A stretch of 64,000 bases of DNA from Nemertoderma westbladi (GCA_032718475.1 JAUCBJ010001140.1:133054-197053), one strand, 5' to 3'. Numbered from the stretch's first letter, positions 11,001 through 22,411 are shown. Numbers and translations: made by a program. Notes: generated from the sequence alone by a model not told the origin.

Positions 11001-11589
11001 CCATTTGGCCTAAATGTTAAGGTTCACCGTACTCTTGCTAATATTTTCCTAAATGATGTTTGCAAGAAATCTCTCGACGATACCACAGCTGTTGCACAGA
11101 AAAGGGCCAAATTTTCGTCAACATAAACATTGAGTATTATAATTATAATTTGACGTATTATACGTACTATAATTTGAGTTGAATTGGCCTGCCAAGGTCT
11201 ACATATTTATTTTCAATTCGTTGGGAATAACCTGAAATATACTTATTATGAGAACTAAATGCTATTAAATAAAGATATTACACTCGCAATGATTGAAAAC
11301 CTAAAAATAGGTTGAAAATGTTAGTTTTTGAGGCAATTTAATAGACATTTATTATGTATGGAATTTTTCATTCTCAGCACCCATCATGCACCCCTCGAAA
11401 AGTGGCATTTCCAGATAAGCACTAAATTTAAAAATAGTCTAAAAAGATTCGCCATACCTGATAACCTTGGAAACAATTAGATATTAGAGTTAGGTACCGT
11501 CATCTAGGTGAAATGTAGATTGTAAAACTTCGGCCCTAGCAAATTTTGGCAATTATTGGGCTGCAAGGCCTGTATTATAGGTGGCCTTG
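8060..11589 (+). mobile_element. Autonomous P-superfamily DNA transposon (3530 bp)
   Basis: 89-bp TIRs at 8060-8148 and 11501-11589 (one mismatch) starting CAAGGCC; perfect 8-bp TSD GATGTACC at 8052-8059 and 11590-11597; intact internal transposase ORF. Confidence 0.95.
8544..11126 (+). CDS. P-element/THAP9-like transposase (THAP zinc finger + RNase H-fold DDE)
   Basis: Likely start MGRKCSVGNC at 8544. THAP C2CH (CSVGNC..W..CRLHW); catalytic motifs LVIDEVY, VVVDNN, DPVHILKCIRNNW, RQNV and DCIESYFGRIRQ. No stops or introns. Confidence 0.93.
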   Translation: MGRKCSVGNCRTGYCRTKEHPEETGPIPVYSFPRDERQRVEWIRALPNIIGSVTDNMGVCRLHWPTQTPMKSVKGGRGGGVPTNPPSIFNTPDSWVPTPSARPRATSSSTSFNQLRNTLPDELPRFLEMDFILVESFSTQLHNKLGGSYDLLLRDSGDAVVMSREREGPTAKWTLNITVSTESLSFSGYRGLRKEKFLFLRYPGKVRRWSELEEVINVLNQDTPVEDERWIFINRQIELLNTPKNGKVYLANDLSLAFSWYTLSTKLYQTLREFMVLPSLRVIRNITSAVSNVDTKEFLTAVFEKLEDRQRICSLVIDEVYIKPSVQYYGGTVYGNSVDDPTKLARTILAVMIRCAFGGPSFVLKMIPCSGLTSEFQLDNVNLILKDLVSCKIVAIVVVVDNNKVNQKFLKMFKIPNLSKPWIATSPFGSDYPLFLINDPVHILKCIRNNWYTEEHKSIMFYDVRDSDRSQMTASWSHLIQMYESDSKSLVTLSDLTKSAVSPSNIQRQNVGLALKIFSDKTIAALKSSDIPGVDETVNFLELVAEWWKMLNIKGLTAGVRFNDNTRDAFSDPDDPRFNFLLSFARLCDSMQNSSRQKRCKSLTNETSSASANTTRGIVDATKYLLTTSNNTFKHKFVLTNFFHADCIESYFGRIRQAYGGCSTYINAHQALCFLHIDSARILASLDNLPDDTPMSIHSCANCSTPMNETELELLDSLPLLADDIPNSEISVLIYIAGYLTFKCKLAPGAISTETSDQVTQYFHELNRGRLSFPSDNLVLYTCYCYAFFNHVSKTTLCRTRLVHLFTAIYKYMSPADSPPFGLNVKVHRTLANIFLNDVCKKSLDDTTAVAQKRAKFSST

Positions 11590-12574
11590 GATGTACCGAT
11601 ATCATAAAACATAATATAATAATAAGATAAGCTACGCCATCTAGCGGGCCATAGGCGTAGGGCTTATGGTGATACTACACAGAAGGGAAATACAACTCAA
11701 CCACTAGACAAAGCGGCTCTCTTTACTACTTTCAGCTATCCCAAGAGCTCGATTGACAGACACTTCTAAGCTTTGATATTTAGCCGCTCTAGGTAGACTT
11801 ACATTAGGCAAATTCCAAGTGATTTCCTAAAGGTTATTTATTTCCTATTAGGTTCCTATTAGGATCCTATTAGGATCCAATAGGACGTTAATTGAAAGCG
11901 TTAACTGTATATAAATTTAGACGGGGGAACACCACCTAGGTATAAATATCTAATATCAGATATGAATATTACTCTTAGATTTTATCACACACGATTTTTT
12001 TTGGTAACATTCCACTTTTCTGACGGGGGGGGGGGGGGGGGGGGTGGTAATTACCCCCCCCCCCTTCGGTCCGCCCCTGATGGACAACGCTATCACAACG
12101 CAGTTGCACTACTGCACTACAGCACTGAGCTGCACTAGGCTAGTTCAGAAGTTGCAGTACGCCTAACTATATATTCCCATTCTCTTTACTGTTCTTCTGT
12201 TTCAAATACCGTACATGAAGGTACCGTATTTCCAGTACGACACGTCGTACACGTAGTGATAGTGAAGTGTACGACACTATACCGCACTACCGACAAGACT
12301 CACCTTACTTCGTGGCTCACCCCACAGTTCAATTTAATTTATTGGCTAATAAAAAATAATTGGCGAGTTTTCTATTCTATTTCTGAGTATTATTGCAACT
12401 AAATTTGGTAAAGGCGCGATAGCAGCCACCGTGCCACAACGCGCCGCGACCAAGTTGTGTTGTTGTATAGAGCTGTCAGCTTACATTCATTCTGAAGTTT
12501 TGGGATTCGTTTATTGGTTTAGACTTTAGTTGGAAAAGACCTCACCTCCCGCTCCACGCTCCACTATACAGTTA

Positions 12575-13948
12575 GTTATTATACTACTACTATGTACTAC
12601 TACTGTACTACTACTAGGAACGGAATGCTGCATTGCAGCTGCATTTTTAAGAATGCTGTGCCAGCTTGTCGACAAAATTGCGGCGCCACAACTCCCTATC
12701 ACCCATGACATTTACGAGATCATCCGCATCTTCAAGGCCAGTGTCCTTTAAGATGCGTCTCAAGAAAGTCATGGGCTGTCCACCATGCTTATTCACTCTA
12801 TGAGGCTGCCAAAGTACAAGATTATGCACTGGCTGGTCCTCACGGCGAAAGCAATGTCCTGCAAAGTCGAGGCGATTTTGTTCTAGTGTCAAGCTTGGGG
12901 GAACCAATGAGACACCTCCAATGTTATATAGTGTCTGGTTGGAGATGTGTGCATTGTACTTGACACAGTGAACCCGGCGTAGCATTATTGTGAATGTGCC
13001 ATCCAGAGATTTGGTGTCCGCAGCAGTTAGAGCCCAGCATGGACTCCCATAGAGGAGTACTGGAACTACTGCTACTCTAAATAATCGAACCTTAAGTTTC
13101 CGATTAATTCTCGGTGACTTCCAAATCCAGGAAAGCCTATTCAAGGCTGCCCATGCCTTTCCCTTACGTATTCGAAGGTCCTCACCTGACTTCCGGATCC
13201 ATGATCCCAGGTAACAGAAGTCGTCCACATGCTCGAGCATACCATCCTTTGAGCTTTGCTCATCCGATCAGAGACTTGCTGAGGACTTTCAAAGTTAACT
13301 GTCAAAATTTTGGTCTTTTTAGAGTTAATAAAAAGACCAACATTAGAAGCAGCCGGTTCTAATGAGCAGAGGAGCCGTTGGGCTCCCTCTAGTGATTCTG
13401 ACAGTACTCCTAAGTCATCAGCAAAGTCTAGATCAGTTAGGTATTTGGCAGGATTTCCTCGACTTCTGGAGCCAGTAGGTGGAGTTATCATCACCCCATC
13501 ATCATTATGATGATCTAAGGACATGCGTAGGGTAGAACATAGTCAACCACAATTATGAACAAGAATGGTGCAAGTGTGTCTCCCTGTAGGAGGCCCCATA
13601 ACACTTCAAATGGTTCTCTGTCACCGTCAACAGTAGACACAAATGTTGCCGAACCATCGTATACTGATCTGATTGCTGCAATAATTTCATCAGGAATCCC
13701 ATATAATGAAAGTATGCTGAACATGCGTGAGCGGGAGACTGAATTGCCTTGAAGAAGTCAACAAAGATAACAGCCAGATGCCTGTCTTTCTTTTTTGATA
13801 ACTCTTCAATTATCCTTCTAAGTGCCAAAATGGGCTCCATGGTCCCACGACCTTTACGGAACCCATTCTGATTTCCACGGAGCAGTCTCTCAATGGGATT
13901 CCTGATGCGATTTAATAGAATTCTATTGTATAGCTTTGCAACAATCGA
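12575..13948 (-). pseudogene. 5'-truncated, frameshifted RTE-like LINE reverse transcriptase with (TAG)n-type 3' tail
   Basis: Consecutive frames give AKLYNRILLNRI, QNGFRKGR, IFVDFFKA, GLLQGDTLAPFLF, LDFADDL and FCYLGS (ORFs 13553-13840, 13515-13724, 13141-13524, 12647-13240). Short tandem-repeat tail at ~12580-12616. Confidence 0.88.
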
Positions 13949-15725
13949 GTCAGATCACACTGATAACCGGGATCTGACGGATATGGGTTACCTCTGATTT
14001 ACTAAATAGTTAATATAGGGCGATATCCCAGATCATTATTATAAGCAAAGCTCTTATCATTAATTGTATCACGATTGAGAGTTGTCATAAATTGATTGCG
14101 GTAGAAATATTAATATAATTACAATAAAGACAAGTCAAAATACTGTACGTTTCCTCTAAAGGGAAACACAAACACTGGACTTGAGTCCTTACATAATTAA
14201 TTAGTCTGTCATTTACTTGTTATACTGTGTTGTCACACCCTCCCGGTATCGTATCTCAGTTAAATACAATAGATAATAAAATACCGTATCGAACCAAATA
14301 AGTTATAGAGCCAATCAATACATGAAAAGGAAAGGAAGGGGAATTAATCGATACAGTGAGCGGCCCTCGGTGCCAGGTACACTAGCGCAATTCCGTTTAT
14401 TGTATCAGACCAATATCTAAAGGCCCTCAGTGCATATAATCTCTGCGTAGTACTAAAAGAGTCAAAATATATAAATTGAGATTGAAAGAACATATTTTAC
14501 TAAAAGCGCTAACAGAAATAACGAATAAACAGTTCGTAAAACATCGTACCCCCCCCCCCCCCCCCTCGAGTGTTTTGATTTGCTTATTTAAATATAATTG
14601 TTCTATTAATGTGCTTATTTTCTCTGATTTCGACTGACTATCTTAATTAGTAGGAATTTTGTGCATAAATATTTATCGATTAATATTCTAGACCTGGCCC
14701 GTTTATTGTATTTTTCGGTGAGTATTCTGCAAGTATTTGATAAACTTATATACTGGTGTATAACCGGAGAGTGTAAAGGAGTACTTTATATATCGTTATT
14801 TATAATTGGTGTATTTGTTGTTTTTTGCTTAGCGCCCTGTGTTGTTGGACCTTGTAAGGCGTAGACGTTCGTTTTCTACTGTAAGCCGGGTACAATAGGT
14901 AAATTCCCGCTGCAATAATTCTAGATTGGTCGGGTCAGATAATAGACGGAATCTCATATTTACTGTAAAACATTTTACTGCAAGTCTGCCTGCTGTGAAT
15001 TACCGGTATCTGATAGCTTGGCTTCATAGTGTATCAAATCAAGTGGATGTATAATTGTTTTGTAGGCCTCATTTTACCCCCTATCTTATTCCTTTTTCCC
15101 TTATTGGAACATATAAAGTTATTTATTTCGTTGTGGGAGGAAATATTACTTTATACCCGACGAATTACCTTTCATACTTGGTTTTACGGAATTAAAGCGC
15201 AGAAGTACGACTGGCACAATCAATAATATCCACAACATAGTCTCTGGATGAATCGTGGGGCACTTTCATTTCTTCAACCAAGTATCGAACTGACCTCGCA
15301 CTGATCGACTTACCTCAGTACATACAGACTTACTAGTTCGAATTTTTCAGTCGATTGGAACCACTTTATGCGGTCTTCGCCCGTCAACAGTTCATTATAT
15401 CATATATTAGGCCAAATAACTAAAAGTCCTAAGTAGCGTATGCGGCAATCCCGGGGACGCATTCTACCAACAGTATCTATTGTTTTTATTTGTGCTATTA
15501 ACGTTTGTCTCTTGTCTGGTTTCGACGTCCTAAACGCTCGAAACGTTTTACAAACCCCATGGTAAATTCCCAGTCTTATTGTTCTGCCAATTTTGTTTTT
15601 TGTTGTGTACTACATTAAAGTAAACTCAAAGTTTACACCACCGCTTGTAACGTAGGTACTTTAGATATAAGTAACGTTTTATATTATTTTTATAAGTTGT
15701 GCGGTTTTTTATTCCGATATTATTA

Positions 15726-17915
15726 TCTAATATATATAAATATCGATTGTCTGTCAGTCAGTCAGTCTGTCTGTGTGTTTGTCATCGGCTATACAATCGA
15801 ACCCATCTCGATGAAATCTCGCTTGCTATAGCTCGTTAGAAAGGTCTCGCCCTAACTCGTTGCAACGTAATACTCAGAGTCGTCTGAAGTTCGCCCGTCT
15901 GCCGCTAGAGGGCGATTTTCGTGATTTTCGGGCGAAATTTATCGAATTATTTCGGTTCTTCTATCGGTAATTAATGATTTAGAGGGCTAACATTTATCCC
16001 ACCTGGTATAAAATTAACATGGGTAGATTCGCCGTGTCCCATTCTCACAAAGTATTTATTTTATTCGAGTGTTTAATATAAATATGTATGATTATTTATT
16101 GATTAAAAAACAAATAGTGTATAAATATGTCATATTCGCCAAGCACGATCGAATTGGCCTATTGTTATTGAATAGGGAAGGATTGTTTTCTGTAGCAACC
16201 TTAAGGTAATTATTGAACTCGCAGCTAGCTGGCTGGGCACAGATAAGGAGCAAGCAGGCTGGAGTGTTGATTGGGGTGGGTTTGGGTTGTAGTAATTCTG
16301 CTTTCTCAATCATTGGCTGCATGGAAGGAGAGGTTTATAACATTTTTGTTTTACTGTTATGAATATTAAAAGTAAAAATAATTATTTCTATAGGCCTATA
16401 CTTACTGTATTATTATGTTATCTAATATTATACATCTAATCTCGATGAAATCTCGCTTACTATAGCTCGTTAGATAGGTCTCGCCCTAACTCGTTGCAAC
16501 GTAATACTCAGAGCCGTCTGAAGTTCCCCCGTCTGCCGCTAGAGGGCGAATTATCCGATAGTGAAAACCTGATCTTATTGGGTTGTTTTTAATGCTTTTG
16601 AGCTGAAACTTGGTAGCTATATACTGCAGCATAGGCTGTATATTTCCGGAGTCACTGGGTGGTCTACAGTTCCCCAGTCTACCGTTAGAGTGCTAAATGT
16701 CTGAGAGATAACATCTTCTCCAACTTTATTATTTACAATCCGTTTTGACTGAAACTTGGTAGGCATCTACTACAGCATAGGCTGAATCTTTACTGAGTCG
16801 CAAAGTCGTCTACAATTTCCCAGTCTACCGCTAGAGGGCGAAATGTCTGCAAGTTAACATCTTCTCTAACTTTGTTATTTATAATCCATTTAGACTGAAC
16901 TTGGTAGGCATCTACTACAGCATAGGCTATATCTTTACTGAGTCGCGCAGAGTTGTCTACAGTACCCGCGTCTGCCGCTAGAGGGCGAAATGTATGAAAG
17001 TTAACATCTTCTCCAACTTTGTTATTTACAATCCTTTTAGACTGAAACTTGGTAGGCATCTACTATAGCATAGGCTATATCTTTGCGGAGTAGTAGAGTC
17101 GTCTACAGTTCCACAGTCAGACGCAAGAGGGCGAATTGTCTGATAGTGAAAACCTCATCCCATTTGGTTCTTTTTAATCCTTTTGAGCTGAAACTTGGCA
17201 GGTATCTACTACATCCTAGGCTCTATCTTTACGGAGTTGCAGAGTCCTATACACTTCCCCAGTCTACCGCTAGAGGGTGAAATGTCTGAAAATTAACATC
17301 TTCTCCAACTTTGTTATTTACAAACGGTTTAGACTGAAACTTGGTAGGCATCTACTACAGCATAGGCTCTACCTTTACGGAGTCGCAGAGTTGTATACAG
17401 TTCCCCTATCTGCCGCTAGAGGGCGAATTGTCTGATAGTGAACACCTCATCCCAATTGGTTCTCTTTAATCCCTTTGAGCTGAAACTTGGCAGGAATCTA
17501 CTGCAGCATATTCTGTATCTTTACGGAGTCCCAGAGTCGTCTACAGTTCTTCAGTCTACCGCTAGAAGTCTGAATGTGAACATCTACACCAATTTTGTTA
17601 TTTACAATCTGTTTAAGCTGAAACTTGAAAGGCAGGCATTTTACTTCATAAACCCCACCTTTACCAAACTGCAGCGCCGTCTGCATTTCACCAGTCCGCA
17701 GGTAGAGGGTGGATCTGAAAGTGATCATTTTCTGGAAATTTTGTTATTTACAATCTGACTAAAGTTGAAACTTGAAAGTTATCTCTTATGGGGGTGGTGT
17801 TTTATTTAATGATGGTGTCTGTTCCGTATGCAGTTCTCCAATCTTCCACACATATTCATATATCATCTGCACGTGCACTAGAAAGCTGTGGCCCGAAGGG
17901 CCACAGGCTTTCTAG
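15726..17915 (+). mobile_element. Non-autonomous Helitron, copy 1 (2190 bp)
   Basis: A|TC 5' end; 3' hairpin CTGTGGCCC-GAA-GGGCCACAG followed by CTAG; internal 146-bp tandem repeats. Confidence 0.85.
16536..17700 (+). repeat. 146-bp tandem repeat (8 units) inside Helitron copy 1
   Basis: CCGCTAGAGGGCG-type anchor at 16536, 16682, 16828, 16975, 17121, 17267, 17413 and 17559. Confidence 0.9.
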
Positions 17916-20280
17916 TCTAATATATATAAATATCGATTGTCTGTCTGTCTGTGTGTTTGTCATCGGCTATACAATCGAACCCATCTCGATGAAATCTCGC
18001 TTGCTATAGCTCGTTAGAAAGGTCTCGCCCTAACTCGTTGCAACGTAATACTCAGAGCCGTTTGAAGTTCGCCCGTCTGCCGCTAGAGGGCGATTTTCGT
18101 GATTTTCGGGCGAAATTTATCGAATTATTTCGGTTCTTCTATCGGTAATTAATGATTTAGAGGGCTAACATTTATCCCACCTAGTATAAAATTAACATGG
18201 GTAGATTCGCCGTGTCCCATTCTCACAAAGTTTTTATTTTATTCGAGTGTTTAATATAAATATGTATGATTATTTATTAATTAAAAATCAAGTAGTGTAT
18301 AAATATGTCATATTCGCCAAGCACGATCGAATTGGCCTATTGGTATTGAATAGGGAAGGATTGTTTTCTGTATCATAGCAACGTTAAGGTAATTATTGAA
18401 CTCGCAGCTAGCTGGCTGGGCACAGATAAGGAGCAAGCAGGCTGGAGTGTTGATTGGGGTGGGTTTGGGTTGTCTATTGCGAATTGCTCAGAGTCATTCT
18501 GCTTTCTCAATCATTGGCTGCGTGGAAGGAGAGGTTTATAACATTTTTGTTTTACTGTTATGAATATTAAAAGTAAAATAATTATTTCTGTTGGCCTGTA
18601 CTTACTAACTTACTGTATTATTATTTTATCTAATATTATACATCTAATCTCGATGAAATCTCGCTTACTATAGCTCGTTAGATAGGTCTCGCCCTAACTC
18701 GTTGCAACGTAATACTCAGAGCCGTCTGAAGTTCCACCGTCTGCCGCTAGAGGGCGAATTATCCGATAGTGAAAACCTGATCTTATTGGATTGTTTTTAA
18801 TGCTTTTGAGCTGAAACTTGGTAGATATATACTGCAGCATAGGCTGTATATTTCCGGAGTCACTGGGTTGTCTACAGTTCCCCAGTCTACCGTTAGAGGG
18901 CTAAATGTCTGAGAGTTAACATCTTCTCCAACTTTATTATTTACAATCCGTTTTGACTGAAACTTGGTAGGCATCTACTACAGCATAGGCTATATCTTTG
19001 CGGAGTAGTAGAGTCGTCTACAGTTCCACAGTCAGCCGCAAGAGGGCGAATTGTCTGATAGTGAAAACCTCATCCCATTTGGTTCTTTTTAATCCTTTTG
19101 AGCTGAAACTTGGCAGGTATCTACTACATCCTAGGCTCTATCTTTACGGAGTTGCAGAGTCCTATACACTTCCCCAGTCTACCGCTAGAGGGCGAAATGT
19201 CTGAAAGTTACCATCTTCTCCAACTTTGTTATTTATAATCCATTTAGACTGAACTTGGTAGGCATCTACTACAGCATAGGCTATATCTTTACTGAGTCGC
19301 GCAGAGTTGTCTACATTACCCGCGTCTGCCGCTAGAGGGCGAAATGTATGAAAGTTAACATCTCCTCCAACTTTGTTATTTACAATCCTTTTAGACTGAA
19401 ACTTGGTAGACATCTACTATAGCATAGGCTATATCTTTGTGGAGTAGTAGAGTCGTCTACAGTTCGACAGTCAGCCGCTAGAGGGGGAATTGTCTGATAG
19501 TGAAAACCTCATCCCATTTGGTTCTTTTTAATCATTTTGAGCTGAAACTTGGCAGGTATCTACTACATCATAGGCTGTATCTTTACGGAGTTGCAGAGTC
19601 CTATACACTTCCCCAGTCTACCGCTAGAGGGTGAAATGTCTGAAAGTTAACATCTTCTCCAACTTTGTTATTTACTAACGGTTTAGACTGAAACTTGGTA
19701 GGCATCTACTACAACATAGGCTGTACCTTTACGGATTCGCAGAGTTGTATACAGTCCCACCATCTGCCGCTAGAGGGCGAAATATCTGATAGTGAACACC
19801 TCATCCCATTTGGTTCTTTTTAATCCTATTGAGCTGGAACTTGGCAGGAATCTACTACAGCATATTCTGTATCTTTACGGAGTCCTAGAGTCGTCTACAG
19901 TTCTTCAGTCTACCGCTAGAGGGTGAAATGTTTGAATATGAACATCTACACCAATTTTGTTATTTACAATCTGTTTAAGCTGAAACTTGAAAGGCAGGCA
20001 TTTTACTTCACCATAAACCCCATCTTTACCAAACTGTAGCGCCGTCTGCATTTCACCAGTCCGCAGGTAGAGGGTGGATCTGAAAGTGATCATTTTCTGG
20101 AAATTTTGTTATTTACAATCTGCCTAAAGTTGAAACTTGACAGTTATCTCTTATGGGGGTGGTGTTTTATTTAATGATGGTGTCTGTTCCGTATGCAGTT
20201 CTCAAATCTCCCACACATATTCATATATCATCTGCATGTGCACTAGAAAGCTGTGGCCCGAAGGGCCACAGGCTTTCTAG
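17916..20280 (+). mobile_element. Non-autonomous Helitron, copy 2 (2365 bp), head-to-tail with copy 1
   Basis: Begins TCTAATATATATAAATATCG directly after the copy-1 CTAG, and ends with the same hairpin and CTAG|T. Confidence 0.85.
18745..20065 (+). repeat. 146-bp tandem repeat (9 units) inside Helitron copy 2
   Basis: The same unit recurs at about 18745, 18890, 19036, 19182, 19329, 19475, 19621, 19767 and 19912. Confidence 0.9.
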
Positions 20281-20311
20281 TTCCATAATAAATATAAAGG
20301 TAACATTTAAC

Positions 20312-21427
20312 GGGCGTAGACGCTGTGCAGACATAGGTGCCGACATAGGTGCCGACATAGGTGCCGACATAGGTGCCGACATAGGTGCCGACATAGGTGC
20401 CGACACAGGTGCCGACACAGGTGCCGACACAGGTGCCGACATAGGTGCCGACACAGGTGCCGACACAGGTGCCGACACAGGTGCCGACACAGGTGCCGAC
20501 ACAGGTGCCGACACAGGTGCCGACACAGGTGCCGACACAGGTGCCGACACAGGTGCCGACACAGGTGCCGACACAGGTGCCGACACAGGTGCCGACACAG
20601 GTGCCGACATAGGTGCCGACAAAGGTGCCGACATAGGTGCCGACATAGTGACCGACTTAGGCACTCAGGTTTCTCTCAATATGTTTATCTCACTAAATGG
20701 CTTACTTGTTGTGACGTTATATACTGTCTATTTGTAACTTTCAGAAAAATCAAATTCCAAAAGCTTTATATGGCAGATTATCCCCGTCGGCAGTATGCAA
20801 AGGTTTAACACGTCAAAAAATATTTTATACCATACCTGAAGACCCCCTGCGATAGGAATACATGTTGTATAATAACATCCTGCTGTCAATAATTAACGTA
20901 AATGATGTGTTTCATTTACCCAATAAACCTTGCCGCATGTCTGGCATCAAGTCAGAATGTTATTATTAACTTCACATAAAAATAATTATTCCTTTTCAGG
21001 CAGCATCATCCATTCAGAAGACTTTAAACAAGCGAATACATAAGATACAAGGAGTCTAAACAATTACCCATTTATATTCTCCTCATGTGTCAGTCTAAAC
21101 TATACTTAAAAATTATTCTAATTCTACGGCGGTAATCGAATACCGCAACCATAGGTATACGGGGGTGGGGGTGGGGGGGGGAGGGCCTATGTCGGCACCT
21201 GTGTCGGCACCTGTGTCGGCACCTGTGTCGGCACCTGTGTCGGCACCTGTGTCGGCTCCTGTGTCGGCACCTGTGTCGGCACCTGTGTCGGCACCTGTGT
21301 CGGCTCCTGTGTCGGCACCTGTGTCGGCACCTGTGTCGGCACCTGTGTCGGCTCCTGTGTCGGCACCTGTGTCGGCACCTGTGTCGGCACCTCTGTCGGC
21401 ACCTGTGTCGGCACAGCGTCTACGCCC
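20312..21427. mobile_element. Mutator/Foldback-like non-autonomous element with TIRs built of 12-bp tandem repeats
   Basis: Termini GGGCGTAGACGCTGTGC / GCACAGCGTCTACGCCC. (GGTGCCGACAYA)n on the left and its reverse complement on the right. Perfect 9-bp TSD ACATTTAAC at 20303-20311 and 21428-21436. Confidence 0.9.
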
Positions 21428-22411
21428 ACATTTAACCGATATACATACATATAATCGAGCTATTTAACATTTCAGCTCATTAATCCCCCCTCAGATCCAT
21501 TATTTATAACTTGGATCTCTGTCAGCGTAATATTCCAAAAAACCAATATATTTCTTGGGTGGAATTATTTGTCGTTTCTACAGGCAATATTGGGTCACAT
21601 GACTGTCCTACCTCTGAAGTAACCATGACAACCCCCTAGGCTTGCACTCCCTGTTCAGTTATCTGCTGCTAATAGGTACACTGCATTATACCATAGGGAA
21701 CATAGCCTCAGTATAGCCCTCAGCTTACTAGCCTCAACCCATCCAATTGATTGGACATGTTACGTTGAAGGTAGCTTACCGCATACACTTCATAGTAGTA
21801 GTATACTGCCTAGCTTATCACACCTTCCTTACTGTTGGGCGATTCTACCTCTAATCAAATAGGAGGTAATTTGTGCTCTGTCAGTGGTAGCATTGCTTGT
21901 AGTGAGTTAAACCTAATAACTTCCCCCACCAAGCGGTGAATCAGAATATTTATCACGGCATTATTCCTGACAAATAAATTACCGGTCATATATTTATTAT
22001 TCACCGGTGATTTGTGGACTGAATTAACCAATTTAATCCCGTGTTATTTATTTGGGTGCGATTGTAATAACGAACCTGCCTATTAATAGGCCAGGGTAGT
22101 TCTTGTCAAGAGTTGAGCCGTTCAAAAACACGATGTGGTTGTGTGTGTATGTATAACCATCCAATATCTCAAAAACTCAAGCAGGTGCGCAAATTGAAAA
22201 TTTAAAGTCGAATTTCACCGATTTTCAACTCGTCGAGTATGCACCAACTTTTTTATTTGGGCTATTCAGTCATTTGAGCAACATATTTGAGCCTCAGAAT
22301 CTTTTCAAATATCGCCAATCTCGCACAGAACGTCGCCAAAATTTGTTAGTCGGGTAAAAAAACGCACAAATTCGTCTAAGAGTAAATTATTGGTTGAAGA
22401 ATAATGATTCA

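Larger units (their letters stand above)
7971..11679 (-). mobile_element. Gypsy 5' LTR (~170 bp: 7971-8059 plus 11598-11679), split by the P element
   Basis: The CA end abuts the PBS, and the sequence resumes after the P-element TSD up to a TGTAGTA start on the minus strand (~11679). There is no second LTR copy in the window, so the outer boundary is inferred. Confidence 0.55.
124..11907. mobile_element. Large TA-flanked TIR DNA element (CAGT termini) hosting nested insertions
   Basis: Left end CAGTACCGCTTTCAAATAACGTCGTATTGGTTCCTAATAGGATCCTATTAGGATCC (124-179) is an imperfect inverted match to ~11851-11907 (rev-comp CAGTTAACGCTTTCAATTAACGTCCTATTGGATCCTAATAGGATCCTAATAGGAACC). TA flanks both ends (122-123, 11908-11909), and both ends carry subterminal TAGGATCCTA-type repeats. 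Confidence 0.65.

Noticed and set aside
16790-20093. Short ORFs within the Helitron repeats
   Set aside because: They recur with the 146-bp unit, have no Rep/helicase motifs, and are interrupted differently in each copy.
20153-21467. GADT/SAPV repeat proteins (antifreeze- or mucin-like)
   Set aside because: They are translations of the 12-bp TIR repeats of a TSD-flanked foldback element.
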